DNA of 64,000 nucleotides, from assembly GCA_038230375.1 (NCBI GenBank), contig JBBRNJ010000049.1, forward strand, positions 1 to 64,000, read 5' to 3'. The notes under the pieces are model-generated. The model was given only the letters and a program-made list of their open reading frames with translations. It was not told the origin of the DNA and made no database searches. The translations under genes and the position numbers were made by a program. Within the stretch, counting starts at the first letter, position 1. Every line of letters starts with the position of its first letter. Positions 17,268-29,438 of this stretch are shown here, in pieces. Source of the stretch: Polyangiales bacterium (GTDB lineage Bacteria > Myxococcota_A > Polyangia > Polyangiales > Polyangiaceae).

Positions 17268-17516
17268 GTGAGCTCTCTCTCAGCAAGCGGAGTGCCGACA
17301 CCTCCGGGCCTCGCGGACGCGTTCTCCGTCGCCGCAACTGCGCGTCGGCACTGGGGGGCCGTGGTGATGCGGGGTGTGGTGTGACTGGGAGCAACGTGAA
17401 GGCGCGGACGAGAGCCGCGCGCCCAGCACGCGGGGCCAAGGGTGATCCACCGCCCGCGGCGCGCGGAACGAAGCGCTTGTCGTCCAGCGAAAGATGTGGG
17501 AAAAGAGCGGCCTTCC

Positions 17517-17590
17517 GCCGAAGTAGCTCAGTCGGTTAGAGCGGGCGTTTCATACGCGCTAGGTCGGGGGTTCGAATCCCTCCTTCGGCA
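17517..17590 (+). tRNA. tRNA-Met(CAT), elongator type
   Basis: GCCGAAG/CTTCGGC acceptor with paired G1-C72; TT-CAT-AC loop; GGGGG-TTCGAAT-CCCTC T arm; Ile2 not fully excluded. Confidence 0.93.
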
Positions 17591-17861
17591 CTCTCCGTGG
17601 TCCATCGTCACAGATCGATGATTTTTTACGCCCGATTCGCTGTCGCGCTCGCCGTCGCCCGGTGTTGTCCCATGGAGCGGAGTGCTTCGTGGTGCTCCAG
17701 GAGGCCCAGCGCGTACCCGGCCAACCCGCACCGACCTCGAAGGCGGAGCTGAACGGGGCGACGATGACCCATGCGCGCGGTAACGGACCAGGGCCGCGGA
17801 AAATCGACTGCCCCATGTTGGTGCGCGGGCCCTGAGCTAGAGAATCCGCCGCTGGTGGCGC

Positions 17862-19148
17862 TCACTTCACGATCGGATTCTTGGCTTCGAACGGGGCGAT
17901 GATCCGGAGCCTTGTGACGCCGAGGGCGGCTGGGATCGGCGGGAACGGGGCGGCGTTCTGGATGGCGTCGCGGCAGTTCCTGTCGAACTCGTCGATGCCG
18001 CTGGGACGGCGCGGCGGCCACATGACCTTCACGGTGCCGTTCGACTCCACGATGAACTCGAGGATGACGGTACCTTGCTTCAGCTCCACCATCGCCTCGT
18101 GCGGGAATGCGTTGCGCCAGAGCGGATCGATCTTCTTGTGCAGCTCGCGGAAGTACGGCACCAGCCGCGCGTCGTGCGTGTTGAAATCGTACGTGTCGCC
18201 CTGGCCGTCTCCCATGGGCCTGGGATGCGAGCCCGCGCCGGACGTGCCGCCTGCGCCTGCCGCGCCGCCGCCCATCGTTCCACCGGGCCCGTCTTCACCG
18301 ATGCCACCCGCCACGCTTGCGTGCACGATCGAGCGGAGCGCATTCGCGACCTCCTGATCACTGTCCACGATGTCGCCGGGACGCCCCCGCACCGAGGCCG
18401 CGATCGACACCGCCGCCTGGTCCACCAGCGGACGCCCCTTCTTGGTGTCCGCGGACGCGCGATGATCCCTGCCTTCTTCCGCGGTGCGAAGGCCCTGCCC
18501 TGCATGCGCGCGCGTGCTGCCTTCGACAGACGAGCCCTCGCGCGCGGGATCCCCTGGCTCGGCGTCGTCGCGGAGATGCCCCGGCTCGCCGCCGCGCACG
18601 GCCGCAGGAAGTGATTCCAGCGCGCCGCGGCTTGGATTCCGTCCGTGGCGACGACGCTCCTCGAGTGTGCCGGTGCCGGTCGCAAGGAACGTGAGCTCCA
18701 TGGGATCGCGGCTGGTCCTGCGATCGTCGAAGCTCTGCCGCGTGCGCGCCGTGGCGAGCCGTTGCTCCTGATCGCGGTCGAGCCGGTCCAGAAGATCGCG
18801 CGTGCGCGAGAAGCGATCATCGGCGTCCGCAAGGTGTGTCGCGCGCTGACCTCGCGCATCTCCACCACGACCGGCGCGCCCCGTGTCGATGCGCGCCACG
18901 GTGTCACCACCGAGCGCCTTCGGTGGCTCACCCGTTGAGTCGTCCACGCGGTCCGCGATCAGCGTGCCCTCGAACACCTCGGGCAGCTCCACGGCAATGG
19001 GCGCGGGGTCGGGCTCGCGCTGGCTCACCGGCGCCACGTTCACGCGATGGAAGCAGGCATTCCAGACCCAGGCGCTGCCGCCAAGGATGGCCGCATGGAT
19101 GACGATCGACGTCACCACGCTCCAACCCTTGTTCGCCTCGCTCGCCAT
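17862..19148 (-). CDS. TonB/TolA-family energy transducer
   Basis: N-terminal TM with SIVIHA (S-x3-H); C-terminal GTVILEFIVESNG...SGIDEFDRNCRDAIQNAAPFPPIP. Confidence 0.8.
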   Translation of the reverse strand: MASEANKGWSVVTSIVIHAAILGGSAWVWNACFHRVNVAPVSQREPDPAPIAVELPEVFEGTLIADRVDDSTGEPPKALGGDTVARIDTGRAGRGGDARGQRATHLADADDRFSRTRDLLDRLDRDQEQRLATARTRQSFDDRRTSRDPMELTFLATGTGTLEERRRHGRNPSRGALESLPAAVRGGEPGHLRDDAEPGDPAREGSSVEGSTRAHAGQGLRTAEEGRDHRASADTKKGRPLVDQAAVSIAASVRGRPGDIVDSDQEVANALRSIVHASVAGGIGEDGPGGTMGGGAAGAGGTSGAGSHPRPMGDGQGDTYDFNTHDARLVPYFRELHKKIDPLWRNAFPHEAMVELKQGTVILEFIVESNGTVKVMWPPRRPSGIDEFDRNCRDAIQNAAPFPPIPAALGVTRLRIIAPFEAKNPIVK

Positions 19149-19234
19149 GCGGTGCTGTGCGGCTCCTTCCGAGATCGTAGGGATGGACGACCAGGTGCGC
19201 CAACATGTTCAGCGTTGCGCCCTGAACCCCTGCA

Positions 19235-20020
19235 CTATTCGCCGAATTCGCGCGCGAACAGGACGGTGGCGTTGTGTGTGGAAGTCTGCGCCAGCTGCTC
19301 CAGCGACACGCCACGCAGCTCGGCGACGCGGGTCGCGGTGTGCTTCACGTAGGCCGGTTCGCATGGCTTTCCGCGGAACGGCACGGGCGCAAGGTATGGG
19401 CTGTCGGTCTCCACCAGGACGCGATCGGCGGGCGCCCACGCAGCGACGTCTGCGATGGCCTTCGCGTTCTTGAAGGTGACAATGCCGGAGAACGAGATGT
19501 AGAAGCCCAGGTCCAGTGCCACCTGCGCGAACGCGCGATCCTCGGAGAAGCAATGGATCACGCCGCGGACGTCACCGCGGCACTCCGCGCGAAGCACGTC
19601 CAGTGTGTCGCCCGGCGCCGAGCGCGTGTGCACCACGATGGGCTTCCCCACCGCGCGCGCGAGCGCGATCTGTTTTGCGAACGCGTCCCTCTGCACGTCG
19701 CGTGGGGAGTGGTCGTAGTGGTAGTCGAGCCCGCACTCGCCAATGGCAACCACGCATGCCTTCTTCGCAAGCTCCGCAAGCTCTTGCTCCATGTCGGCAT
19801 GGAGACGCGCGTCGTGGGGATGCACGCCCACCGTCGCCGCGACCTCCTTTGGCCGGGCCTCCGCCAGCGCGATGGCTGCGCGCGCAGGTGCGAGCGAGTC
19901 CCCTACCCCGATGACGACGAACCCGATCACGCCAGCCGCACGAGCGCGTTCCATGGGCGGCCCCGGACCGTCCGGAAAATAGGCCGGATCAAGGTGACAG
20001 TGCGTGTCGACGAGGCCCAT
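19235..20020 (-). CDS. tatD: TatD-family hydrolase (DNase)
   Basis: DTHCHLD, GVHPH, IGECGLDY, VVHTR, HCFS, ETDSPYLAP. Confidence 0.95.
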   Translation of the reverse strand: MGLVDTHCHLDPAYFPDGPGPPMERARAAGVIGFVVIGVGDSLAPARAAIALAEARPKEVAATVGVHPHDARLHADMEQELAELAKKACVVAIGECGLDYHYDHSPRDVQRDAFAKQIALARAVGKPIVVHTRSAPGDTLDVLRAECRGDVRGVIHCFSEDRAFAQVALDLGFYISFSGIVTFKNAKAIADVAAWAPADRVLVETDSPYLAPVPFRGKPCEPAYVKHTATRVAELRGVSLEQLAQTSTHNATVLFAREFGE

Positions 20021-20052
20021 GGCGCGTCCCCACATCCTATATCCTTGGCCGC

Positions 20053-20634
20053 ATGGCGCGCGACGAACAATGGTTTCGTGACCTCCTGGATCCGGACGGC
20101 GTGCTCCTTCCAGAGGCGAACCTTGGCCTGGACGACGCCGCGTCCTTCCGCGTGTTCTCGCAGGACAGCGGCACGAAGATCCGCTCGGCAAAATGGGGCG
20201 AGTTCGCGAGGCGCTTCACGGACACCCGCCTTGGCATCACCACGGACAAGCGGTACGGCGCGCGCGACATCGTGCGCGACGCCGCACGCGTGGTGCTCGC
20301 ACGCGAAGGCATGAACACCACACTGCTGGTCCTTGTACGCCCTGCGACCGACTCCGACGTGGCCGCAGCGGAGGCGGGCGAGCGCGCCGCTGGCACCTAC
20401 GGGCTTGCCGCGCTCGCGAAGCGATGCAAGACGATCTTCGTGGTGGAGGCACATGGTGGAGGAGTCACGGCGCCTGGAGGCGGGCCGGATCGGGCGGCGC
20501 TTCTCCTGTCGGCGATCCTCGCCGGGACGGAGCTGGGGCCCATCGTCTACCCGGGCGCGGCAGACCTGGTGGGCTTCAAGACTGCGTGGACGCGCTTTTC
20601 GGCGACTGCGCCGGGCGACGCGCCGTACCGATGA
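20053..20634 (+). CDS. Hypothetical protein
   Basis: Protein-like composition and codon bias; fills the gap between tatD and the MATE gene. Confidence 0.6.
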   Translation: MARDEQWFRDLLDPDGVLLPEANLGLDDAASFRVFSQDSGTKIRSAKWGEFARRFTDTRLGITTDKRYGARDIVRDAARVVLAREGMNTTLLVLVRPATDSDVAAAEAGERAAGTYGLAALAKRCKTIFVVEAHGGGVTAPGGGPDRAALLLSAILAGTELGPIVYPGAADLVGFKTAWTRFSATAPGDAPYR

Positions 20635-21994
20635 GGCGAACCTGGAACACCAGGAAGAAGAGCAGAGCCATCCGCACGACCCAGTCCGCCGTCGAGCCAA
20701 GCCACACCCCCGGCAATCCCAGGTGAAGCGGGAACGCGAATGCGTAGGTGCATGACAGGCGAACCGCGATCGCGCCGAGCGCGCTCACCCCGAACACCGT
20801 GCCGGTCCTTCCGCTGCCGCGCAGTGACGCTGCCAGCACCTGCGCGGCGCCCATGAAGGGCTGCGCGAGAAGGAAGACCCACATCGTCCGGACGCCCTCC
20901 GCGACCGTGTCTGGGTCCCTGGAGAAGATCGAGACGAGCGGGCCCTTGAGCGCAAAGAACACGACGCCGATCGCGGTGAGCCACGTGATGGAGGCCAGCA
21001 TGGCCGAGCGCGTCACCGTGTACACCATGCCCTCTTCCTTCGCGCCGATCTTCTGCGCCACGAGCGCCGCCGTGGCCACGGCGAAGCCGTCCGCGGAAAG
21101 GAAGCAGATCGACTCCAGGCCAATGAGGGCCTGGTTTGCTTCCATCACCCGATCGCCCATGGCCGCGATGATCGCGACGAACGCCAGGAAGCCCGTCTGG
21201 TAGACGATCTTCTCCGCCACCGCGGGAACGCCTATCGCGAAGAGCTCGCGCGCCTCGGAGCGCAGCAGCGCGCGCGCCTCCGGCTCATCCGACGACGCGA
21301 GGCGCAGCGACGCCCGTGACGACACGCGTGAGAGCGCCACCAGGACCAGCACCGTCTCGAACACGAAGGTTATCGCCGTGCCAATGCCCGCTCCGCGCGA
21401 CCCCATGGCCGGTATCCCTAGCCCGCCCAGCACCAGCACCCAGTTCAATGCAACATGCACGGAATTCGTGAGTACACCGATGAGCAGCGGCGTGCGCGTA
21501 TCGCCGCCGGCCTGCAGCGCGCTCACACCGGCCGTCCCCACGAACACGAACGGCGACGCCAGCAGCGTCATGCCAAGATAGTCGCGCGCGCCTGCGAGGA
21601 GCACCGGCGACGCGGACGGCGCCAGCCTGGGCAAGAGCGCGAGCACCAGCGGCGTCGCGAGCGCCAGCACCAGCCCGAACGCAAGACCGAACGCCACGGA
21701 GATGCGCGTGGCAGTCACCGCACGGACCCGGTCGCGCGCGCCCGTGTGCCGACCGATTCGCGCAAACGTCGCAGCGAAGAAGCCACTGAACACCGCGAAC
21801 GCAGACCACTCCACGGTGCCGGAGAGCTGCATTTGCCCCAGCGCCGCGTTGGAGTGGTGCCCTAGCAGCGCCCGATCGACCACGAACACGAACGTCTGCA
21901 GGAAGCTCGTCAGGATGGCATACGAAGCCAGCCGCAGCACCTCGCGCAGCGGGCTTGGCTTGTCCGTCACGCTATCCGTCACGCTATTGGGCAC
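20576..21994 (-). CDS. MATE-family efflux transporter
   Basis: About 12 TM segments; VDRALLG, GDTRTPL, GAGIGT, LRGSGRT, LGLPGVW motifs. Confidence 0.9.
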   Translation of the reverse strand: MPNSVTDSVTDKPSPLREVLRLASYAILTSFLQTFVFVVDRALLGHHSNAALGQMQLSGTVEWSAFAVFSGFFAATFARIGRHTGARDRVRAVTATRISVAFGLAFGLVLALATPLVLALLPRLAPSASPVLLAGARDYLGMTLLASPFVFVGTAGVSALQAGGDTRTPLLIGVLTNSVHVALNWVLVLGGLGIPAMGSRGAGIGTAITFVFETVLVLVALSRVSSRASLRLASSDEPEARALLRSEARELFAIGVPAVAEKIVYQTGFLAFVAIIAAMGDRVMEANQALIGLESICFLSADGFAVATAALVAQKIGAKEEGMVYTVTRSAMLASITWLTAIGVVFFALKGPLVSIFSRDPDTVAEGVRTMWVFLLAQPFMGAAQVLAASLRGSGRTGTVFGVSALGAIAVRLSCTYAFAFPLHLGLPGVWLGSTADWVVRMALLFFLVFQVRLIGTARRPAQSPKSASTQS

Positions 21995-22015
21995 CGGTTG
22001 CGCACGAACAACGCG

Positions 22016-24289
22016 CTACTCGAAGAAGCGCTTGCGGACGAGCATGCTCACCATGTCGCCCGCGCACTCGTTGCAGTAACCAAACTTGTCGCGCAGACGC
22101 GCGAGCACGTCCTTGGCGAGCGCCTCGGTCTGAGCGTCCAGACCGGACTTCTCCTCGTGTACGAGCTCCATCACGTTGCGCGCGAGCCGTGCGACCTGCA
22201 CGCGCTTGTCCGCGAAGATCGCCTCTCGCATTCGCTTCAAGAGGTGCGAGAACACGTGCGACGAATCGACCTTCTCGTCCGGGTGATCGATGGCCCAGGC
22301 GGCGATCGTGGAGATCATCTGCCTGCGCCACTCCTCCGCGTCGCCCTTGATGTCCAGGAGGCGCTCGACCTCCTTCATCATCTTTGCGTCCGGCTCCTCG
22401 TACTCGCCGGTGATGCGGTTGCGCACGCGCTCCTTCTTCGTCCACACGCTGACGTGCTGCACGTAGCGCTCGAACAGCTCGCTGTACTGCTGCTCGTCCA
22501 CGAAGCCGGACGACGTGTAGAACTCCTGCTCCCACCAGCCGATGAGGCGCTCCATGAGCGCGTCGCGGAACAGCTTCGTGTCGTGGTAGCCGCCGCTCTG
22601 CGTCTCCTGCTGGAGCCACTCGAACTCGCTCTTGCGCTGGCAGAGCTGCTCGATCTCTTCGAGCACCGCGAGCGGCGAGAGGCACTTGTATGTCTGCGAC
22701 TGCGCCGCATCCAGGATGACGCCGCGCATCTCGCGCGGGCTCGCGCCAACGCGGCCCTCGTAGATCGGATAGCTGTCGCTCTCGACGTAGATGTCCTTCA
22801 CGTGGGCCTGCAGGACCTTCTGCTGGTCCGCGTCCAGGCGCTCGGGCGCGCGGCCCTCCGTGTAGAGGTCCATCTTCTCCACGGCGGTCAGGCCGGAGAT
22901 GGCAGCACCGAGCGCGCGCTCGTACTTGTCCACGGTGGCCTTCCGCATGCGCGTGAGCACCGCGAACATGGCCGCGACACTGGTGGCGTGCGGCGCCACG
23001 TGTCGCTGCACTTGCGGCGCGACCTGCGAGTCGTAGAGCGACTGCTCCTCCTTGTAGCTGCGCAGGTACGGGACGCGAATGAGCTCGAAGCGGCCGCGGA
23101 AGCTCGCGAACTCCGGATGCTCACGGAACGCATCCAGATGCAGCTCGTTCGCGCTGCCGATCATGACGCAGTTCAGCTGCACGTTCTGCTGCACGAGCGC
23201 GACCTCGCCCGTCTCGATGGAGAGCTGGAGATACTTGAAGGTGTCGAGCGGGCGCTTCAGGAGATCGCTGAACTCGATGAGCCCTCCAGCAGCATCCACG
23301 AGCTCACCCTTGGCCTCGTAGAGGGACAGCGCCTGCAGCGACGCGGGCAGCGCGCCGAGCGAACGATCCGCCGTGACCTGCCGCTCCGCCGCGTCCACGC
23401 TCATCTGCGGACCGACCGTGACCGCCCCCACGCGATAGCGCTGCGAGATGAAGTAGCGCTCCACCTGGATGTGCTTCAGCACCTCCTTGTACGAGCCCTT
23501 GTAGCTCGCGAGCAGCGCCTCGAAGATCTGCTGGCTCTTGTGACTGAGCTCACCGCGCAAGATCCAGTCGGGGAGCGGCTCGTCGATGCCGTCGTCCGTG
23601 GTGATCTTCTCGAGCATGGCGCGGCGCTCTGGGACCGGGATGAGGAAGAGCGGGTGGTCGCGCACCTCGATGATGAGCTTGGCGTCGAGCTGGTCGTCGG
23701 GGAGATGCGCGTAGCTCTCGAGCTTCTCGCCCGCGTTCTGCGAGCCAAAGCCGAGCGAGCCCTTCACCGTCTTGTTCGAGGGGAAGACCCACGAGTACTG
23801 ATAGAGCGCGCCCTCGTCCTTGCCCGAATAGTCGCTGAGCGCACGCATCATGCACGCGACGATGGTGCTCTTCGCGGAGCCGTTCGGGCCGTGCATGAGG
23901 ATGAGGCGATTCGGTCGCCCTTCGCGCGCGAAGTTCGAGAGCGAGCGGTAGATCTCCTCCTGGACATGCTCTTGCCCGAGCAAGGCGAACCGCTTGGCCG
24001 TGTTGCTCTGGGGCCCGTTCTTGTGGCCCGCGCTCTCTTCCCAGGGAAGGTCGAACAGGTTGTAGCGCGTGAACTCACCCCATGGATGCTTCACCTGACG
24101 CGTGCCGTAGTGATCGAAGACGTCGCGCACATAGCGGCTGGCATCGCGCGCGTAGCGGCGCGGGTTCGTCGTGAAGAGCTCCAGGTACTCTTCGAACGAG
24201 AGCACACGACGGCCTTGCTGAAAGCGTTTCTCCACGCTCTCGGCCACCTTGAGGATGTCTGCCGCACGCTGCGAGGGGGAAGAGACCAT
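22016..24289 (-). CDS. prkA: PrkA/YeaG-family AAA+ protein (annotated as serine protein kinase)
   Basis: VLSFEEYL; Walker A GPNGSAKS; GLIEFSDLLK; EGRVGASPR; FGYCNECA. Confidence 0.9.
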   Translation of the reverse strand: MVSSPSQRAADILKVAESVEKRFQQGRRVLSFEEYLELFTTNPRRYARDASRYVRDVFDHYGTRQVKHPWGEFTRYNLFDLPWEESAGHKNGPQSNTAKRFALLGQEHVQEEIYRSLSNFAREGRPNRLILMHGPNGSAKSTIVACMMRALSDYSGKDEGALYQYSWVFPSNKTVKGSLGFGSQNAGEKLESYAHLPDDQLDAKLIIEVRDHPLFLIPVPERRAMLEKITTDDGIDEPLPDWILRGELSHKSQQIFEALLASYKGSYKEVLKHIQVERYFISQRYRVGAVTVGPQMSVDAAERQVTADRSLGALPASLQALSLYEAKGELVDAAGGLIEFSDLLKRPLDTFKYLQLSIETGEVALVQQNVQLNCVMIGSANELHLDAFREHPEFASFRGRFELIRVPYLRSYKEEQSLYDSQVAPQVQRHVAPHATSVAAMFAVLTRMRKATVDKYERALGAAISGLTAVEKMDLYTEGRAPERLDADQQKVLQAHVKDIYVESDSYPIYEGRVGASPREMRGVILDAAQSQTYKCLSPLAVLEEIEQLCQRKSEFEWLQQETQSGGYHDTKLFRDALMERLIGWWEQEFYTSSGFVDEQQYSELFERYVQHVSVWTKKERVRNRITGEYEEPDAKMMKEVERLLDIKGDAEEWRRQMISTIAAWAIDHPDEKVDSSHVFSHLLKRMREAIFADKRVQVARLARNVMELVHEEKSGLDAQTEALAKDVLARLRDKFGYCNECAGDMVSMLVRKRFFE

Positions 24290-24306
24290 CGACCAACATG
24301 GTCGCA

Positions 24307-24348
24307 CAAAAGAATGGGGGGAGTGACCGCTTTCCAGTCACCCCCCAT
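24307..24348 (-). terminator. Intrinsic terminator
   Basis: Minus-strand ATGGGGGGTGAC...GTCACTCCCCCCAT hairpin followed by TCTTTTG. Confidence 0.75.
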
Positions 24349-24370
24349 CCAGCCCCCTCAACAGTTCAGA

Positions 24371-24787
24371 TCACATCGACAGGTCGACGGCGTTCGGCTC
24401 GCACTGCTTCATGTCGTCCGAGCAGACGGCGAACTTCGCGGTTGCGGCGACCGTGGTGGCAGCGAGGATCTTCACCTGCGCGGTGACAACACCCTTTTCC
24501 TTGGTGACCTGCGCCGTCGGCGTGCCCACGACCTCGGTGACCGCAGTGCCGGCAGACTTGTAGGCCTTCGCGGTGGTGGGGAACTCCGTGTTGACGTGGA
24601 AGCCACCCTTGCCCGTGACCGTGTACGTCACGGTGCAGGTCTTCCCGACCGCGCAACCGGCGGAGACGGAGTAGTCGACGTGATAGTGCTCCCCATCCTT
24701 CGTGGCTGCATGGCTGGAGGTCGCCAGTGCGACTGCGAACAACGACGCCACACCGACTCCTGCAAGCTTGATCCGCGCGCTCATCAT
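24371..24787 (-). CDS. Secreted protein resembling the DsbD N-terminal domain
   Basis: Signal peptide; GFHVNTEFP motif; C-terminal FAVCSDDMKQCEP cysteine pair. Confidence 0.55.
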   Translation of the reverse strand: MMSARIKLAGVGVASLFAVALATSSHAATKDGEHYHVDYSVSAGCAVGKTCTVTYTVTGKGGFHVNTEFPTTAKAYKSAGTAVTEVVGTPTAQVTKEKGVVTAQVKILAATTVAATAKFAVCSDDMKQCEPNAVDLSM

Positions 24788-24950
24788 CTATCTGCCTTCC
24801 TCCCTGGACCTGCCAGGAACTTCGCACTCACAGGCTGCCCCTCCGGGTGAGACGAGGTGCCGCCGTTCGATATTCTACAGAAACGTGGCGAGAAACCTTC
24901 CTCGAATCGCAACGCACTCCCCACTCACCCGAGCCGCTCACCCGAGCGAC

Positions 24951-25640
24951 TCATTTCACGTAGAGCTCCAGCATGGGGCCTCGCGCGGCCCCATTGGAGG
25001 ACGGCGCGAGCGCCAGGTGCATGCCGGTTCCGTGCCCGCCGCTCGATTCGAGAATGATGCCGCGATCCGCGGGATCCTTGCGGCGCCACTGCTTCACGAT
25101 ATCGCGGACGTCCACGCGGATGATGTCCGAACGATCCACCCGGGTCTCGGCGCTCCGTGCCTGCGTGAAGGGCGGCAGGGTCGCAGCCGTGACCTGCGTG
25201 CCGCTCCAGTCCCCCACGATGCGGCTCGCGTGTAGGGAGAAGGGCGACGGATCGGCGTCGCGATCGGGAGCGCGATGGAGGAGTACGTATGCCTCGACCA
25301 CCTCTGCCTGATCGGAGAGGGGAACGGCGAAGCGAAGCAGCAGGCGCGCGCCTGCGGGGCGCCCCATGTTGCACGATGCGGGGGTGGGACCGGAGGTGGT
25401 GTCGTCGTCGTCGATGCATGCAACGTCGGTGGGCTCGGAGACGTAGCGCGTGGACTGCTCCACCTGGGGTGTGCCCGCGTCCGACTGGCAGCGCCCCGCG
25501 ACGCACGCCCCGCGTCCGCCACACTCGGCGAGGCTGCTGCACATCGACGGGCGGCTCGGGGAGCATGCAAGCGGACCCACGGCCGCAAGCGCCACCCCGA
25601 TAGCCGCGACAGCCGCCAGGATCGAGGAGGCAGAAAGCAT
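24951..25640 (-). CDS. Lipoprotein with Cys-rich module and DNRLRE-like domain
   Basis: PLAC lipobox; ARLLLRF...WSGTQVT...DVRDIVKQW...GIILES...PMLEL. Confidence 0.65.
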   Translation of the reverse strand: MLSASSILAAVAAIGVALAAVGPLACSPSRPSMCSSLAECGGRGACVAGRCQSDAGTPQVEQSTRYVSEPTDVACIDDDDTTSGPTPASCNMGRPAGARLLLRFAVPLSDQAEVVEAYVLLHRAPDRDADPSPFSLHASRIVGDWSGTQVTAATLPPFTQARSAETRVDRSDIIRVDVRDIVKQWRRKDPADRGIILESSGGHGTGMHLALAPSSNGAARGPMLELYVK

Positions 25641-25747
25641 GCGCTCTACACGCACCTGGCGGCGACGAGGTCTCACTAAGGTGCGAGAATACGCCGAATC
25701 TTCTTTCGGACACACGGAAGATGTCCTACGTCAGAACGGTGTCGTCC

Positions 25748-26781
<1,034 letters not shown>

Positions 26782-26785
<4 letters not shown>

Positions 26786-28167
26786 GCGCCGCTGATGGTC
26801 ACGACGACGACGACGAGGAGGCACCGCGCGCCGTGGGCCGACGCGGCCCAGATCCGGACCTCCAACCCGAGCCCGAGGTAGACCCGAACGCTGGACAGGA
26901 CACGCATCGGGGGCTGCTTCCCGAGCCGGTCAATCACGACGCCGAGAGCGAGGCGATGCCAATCTCTCTCTCGCGCCCCTCGGTGCCGCCGCCATCCATG
27001 CGTGGCTCAGTGCCACCGCCTGCACCCACGCCAGAAGCACCGAAGTCGGTGCGACCCCCCGCGTCCGTGCGCGCGCCTGCCTCCGTGAGGCCCCCTGACT
27101 CCATGAGGCCGCCGACCTCGGTCCGTCCCGGCGCCACGACGAGCGGAACCGACACGAAGAAGGAGGGTCGCACCCTCGTCGCCACCGAGAAGCTCGCGAA
27201 GTACTTCGCCGTCCGCAAGGGAATGTTCTCACGCGCACCAGCGCTCGTTCGCGCGGTCGAAGGCGTGTCCATCCGCGTGCGCAAGGGCGAGACGCTCGGC
27301 CTGGTGGGAGAGAGCGGCTGCGGCAAGAGCACGCTCGGGCGCCTCATTCTGCGCCTCATCGAGCCCACGTACGGCCGCATCGTGTTCGAGGGCAACGACA
27401 TCGCGCACCTCTCCGCGTCGGAGCTTCGCCCGCTTCGGCGGCGCATGCAGATAATCTTCCAGGATCCATACTCCAGCCTGAACCCACGCATGAACGTGCG
27501 TCAGATCGTCGGCGAGGCGATCCAGATCCACAAGCTGGCAGCGAACAAGGCAGACGAAGAGGCGATGGTCGCCGACCTCTTGAAGAAGGTCGGGCTGCGC
27601 CCCGAGATGATGACGCGCTTCCCGCACGAGTTCTCCGGCGGGCAGCGTCAGCGTATCGGCATCGCGCGCGCGCTCGCTGTGAAGCCGGACTTCATCGTGT
27701 GCGACGAGCCGATCAGCGCGCTCGACGTGTCCATCCAGGCGCAGATCGTGAACTTGCTCCTGGACCTCCAGGACGAGCTCGGCGTCGCGTTCCTCTTCAT
27801 CTCGCACGACCTCAAGGTGGTCGAGCACATGAGCCACCGCGTCGCGGTGATGTACCTGGGCCGCATCGTCGAGCAGGCCTCCGCAGAGTCGCTCTACGCC
27901 GCGCCCATGCACCCGTATACGCGCGCGCTCCTGTCCGCCGTCCCCGTGCCGGATCCGGACAAGAAGCGCGTGCGGCTCGTGCTCGAGGGCGACATGCCCT
28001 CCGCGATCGATCCCCCTACGGGCTGCGGCTTCCACCCGCGCTGCCCGCGCATGATCCCAGGGACGTGCGACAAGGAGACGCCGGAGCTCATGGAGATCTC
28101 CGGTCGCCCGAATCACCGCGTAGCCTGCGTGAATCCGATCCTGGACGGGGGCGACGGCACAGCATGA
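26782..28167 (+). CDS. Oligopeptide/dipeptide ABC ATPase (OppF/DppF-like) with long Ser/Pro-rich N-terminal extension
   Basis: GTGA overlap with upstream stop; [33 protein letters not shown]. Confidence 0.92.
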
Positions 28168-29429
28168 CGGAACGGGGGGCCCCGCACGAGACGCACCACC
28201 GGCCGGACACCATCGGCCGCTACGAGGTCCTGTCGTCACTCGGGCGGGGCGGAATGGGAATCGTGTATCTTGCACGCGATTCGGTGCTGGGGCGTCACGT
28301 GGCCGTGAAGGTCCTGCGCGATGACCTGGACATTCCGCCGCAGTCCCGGAAGGAGCTGCTCCTACGCATGCGGAACGAGGCGCGCGCCGCCGCTGCCATC
28401 AGTCACCCGAACATCGTCGCGCTGCACGACATGGGCGAGGACGCGACCGTGGGCCTCTACCTGGTCTTCGAGTACGTGGAAGGTGAGACGCTGCGCAGCA
28501 AGCTGAGGCTCGGAGCCATGTCGCTGTCAGAGGCGGCCGAGCTGTCACGGGCGATGGGCCGCGCGCTCACCGCGGCGCACCACGCCGGCGTCATCCACCG
28601 CGATATCAAGCCCGAGAACGTGCTGCTTGCGAAGACCGGCCCAAAGGTCGCCGACTTTGGCGTGGCGCGCGCGCCGGACTCGCTCATCACGCAGCGCGAC
28701 GTCATCCTGGGCACGCCGTCGTATACCGCGCCGGAGGTGCTCACGCACGGCGACTACGGGCCGCAGTCGGACCAGTTCTCGCTCGCCGCCACCATGTACG
28801 AGGCGCTGACGGGAACGCGTGCATTCGGCGGCGATGATCCGCTGGATGTCGCGCGCAAGGTCTCGGACGACGACCCGCGCCCGCTCGAGACGCTCGACGC
28901 GGACCCGCGCATCGTCACGCGCATGAACGGCGTGCTGAAGCGTGGCATGGCGAAGAAGCCGGAGGACCGCTACCAGAGCGCAGAGGACTTCGGCAACGCA
29001 CTGGGCATTGCGATCGAGTCGCGCGTGTTCACGGAGACGCCGCAGTCGCAGGGGCGCCTCCTCATCACGCCGCGCCCCGGCCCCGTCGCCACCGAGACGC
29101 CCATTCGCCCGTCGCTGATCATCCGCAAGAAGACGCAGCGCGCGCAGAACGTGTTCGCGGGCGTCGGGCTGGTCGTGATCATCGCGCTGATCGTCTTCGG
29201 CCGCCGGACCGCGGAGGAGTCGCTTCCCAAGGACGCGCCGAGCGCCACGCCTTCTGCTGCTGCGCCCGCGCCTCCGAGAAACACGGCACCGCCCTCCGTG
29301 ATCCCGGTGCGTCCGGTGCAGCGCCCCGCTTCTGCGGGTGATGGCGGTGCGAGCGCCGCGCCCGATGCATCCGATGGGAGGGGCGCGATGGACGCGGGCT
29401 CTCCGTTCGTACCGCGTCTTCCCTTCTGA
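28164..29429 (+). CDS. Membrane-anchored Hanks-type Ser/Thr protein kinase
   Basis: ATGA overlap; GRGGMG, VAVK, HRDIKPEN, DFG, GTPSYTAPE; TM near the C-terminus. Confidence 0.95.
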   Translation: MTERGAPHETHHRPDTIGRYEVLSSLGRGGMGIVYLARDSVLGRHVAVKVLRDDLDIPPQSRKELLLRMRNEARAAAAISHPNIVALHDMGEDATVGLYLVFEYVEGETLRSKLRLGAMSLSEAAELSRAMGRALTAAHHAGVIHRDIKPENVLLAKTGPKVADFGVARAPDSLITQRDVILGTPSYTAPEVLTHGDYGPQSDQFSLAATMYEALTGTRAFGGDDPLDVARKVSDDDPRPLETLDADPRIVTRMNGVLKRGMAKKPEDRYQSAEDFGNALGIAIESRVFTETPQSQGRLLITPRPGPVATETPIRPSLIIRKKTQRAQNVFAGVGLVVIIALIVFGRRTAEESLPKDAPSATPSAAAPAPPRNTAPPSVIPVRPVQRPASAGDGGASAAPDASDGRGAMDAGSPFVPRLPF

Positions 29430-29438
29430 TCTATACTT

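Noticed and set aside
17591..17861. Island or att site after tRNA-Met
   Set aside because: No second copy of the tRNA-Met 3' end was seen, and the short ORFs there are unconvincing
21998..24850. Very long antisense ORFs (950 aa here; also 46850-49276, 39204-41537, 1898-3634)
   Set aside because: Shadow frames opposite well-supported genes, expected in high-GC DNA; no motifs
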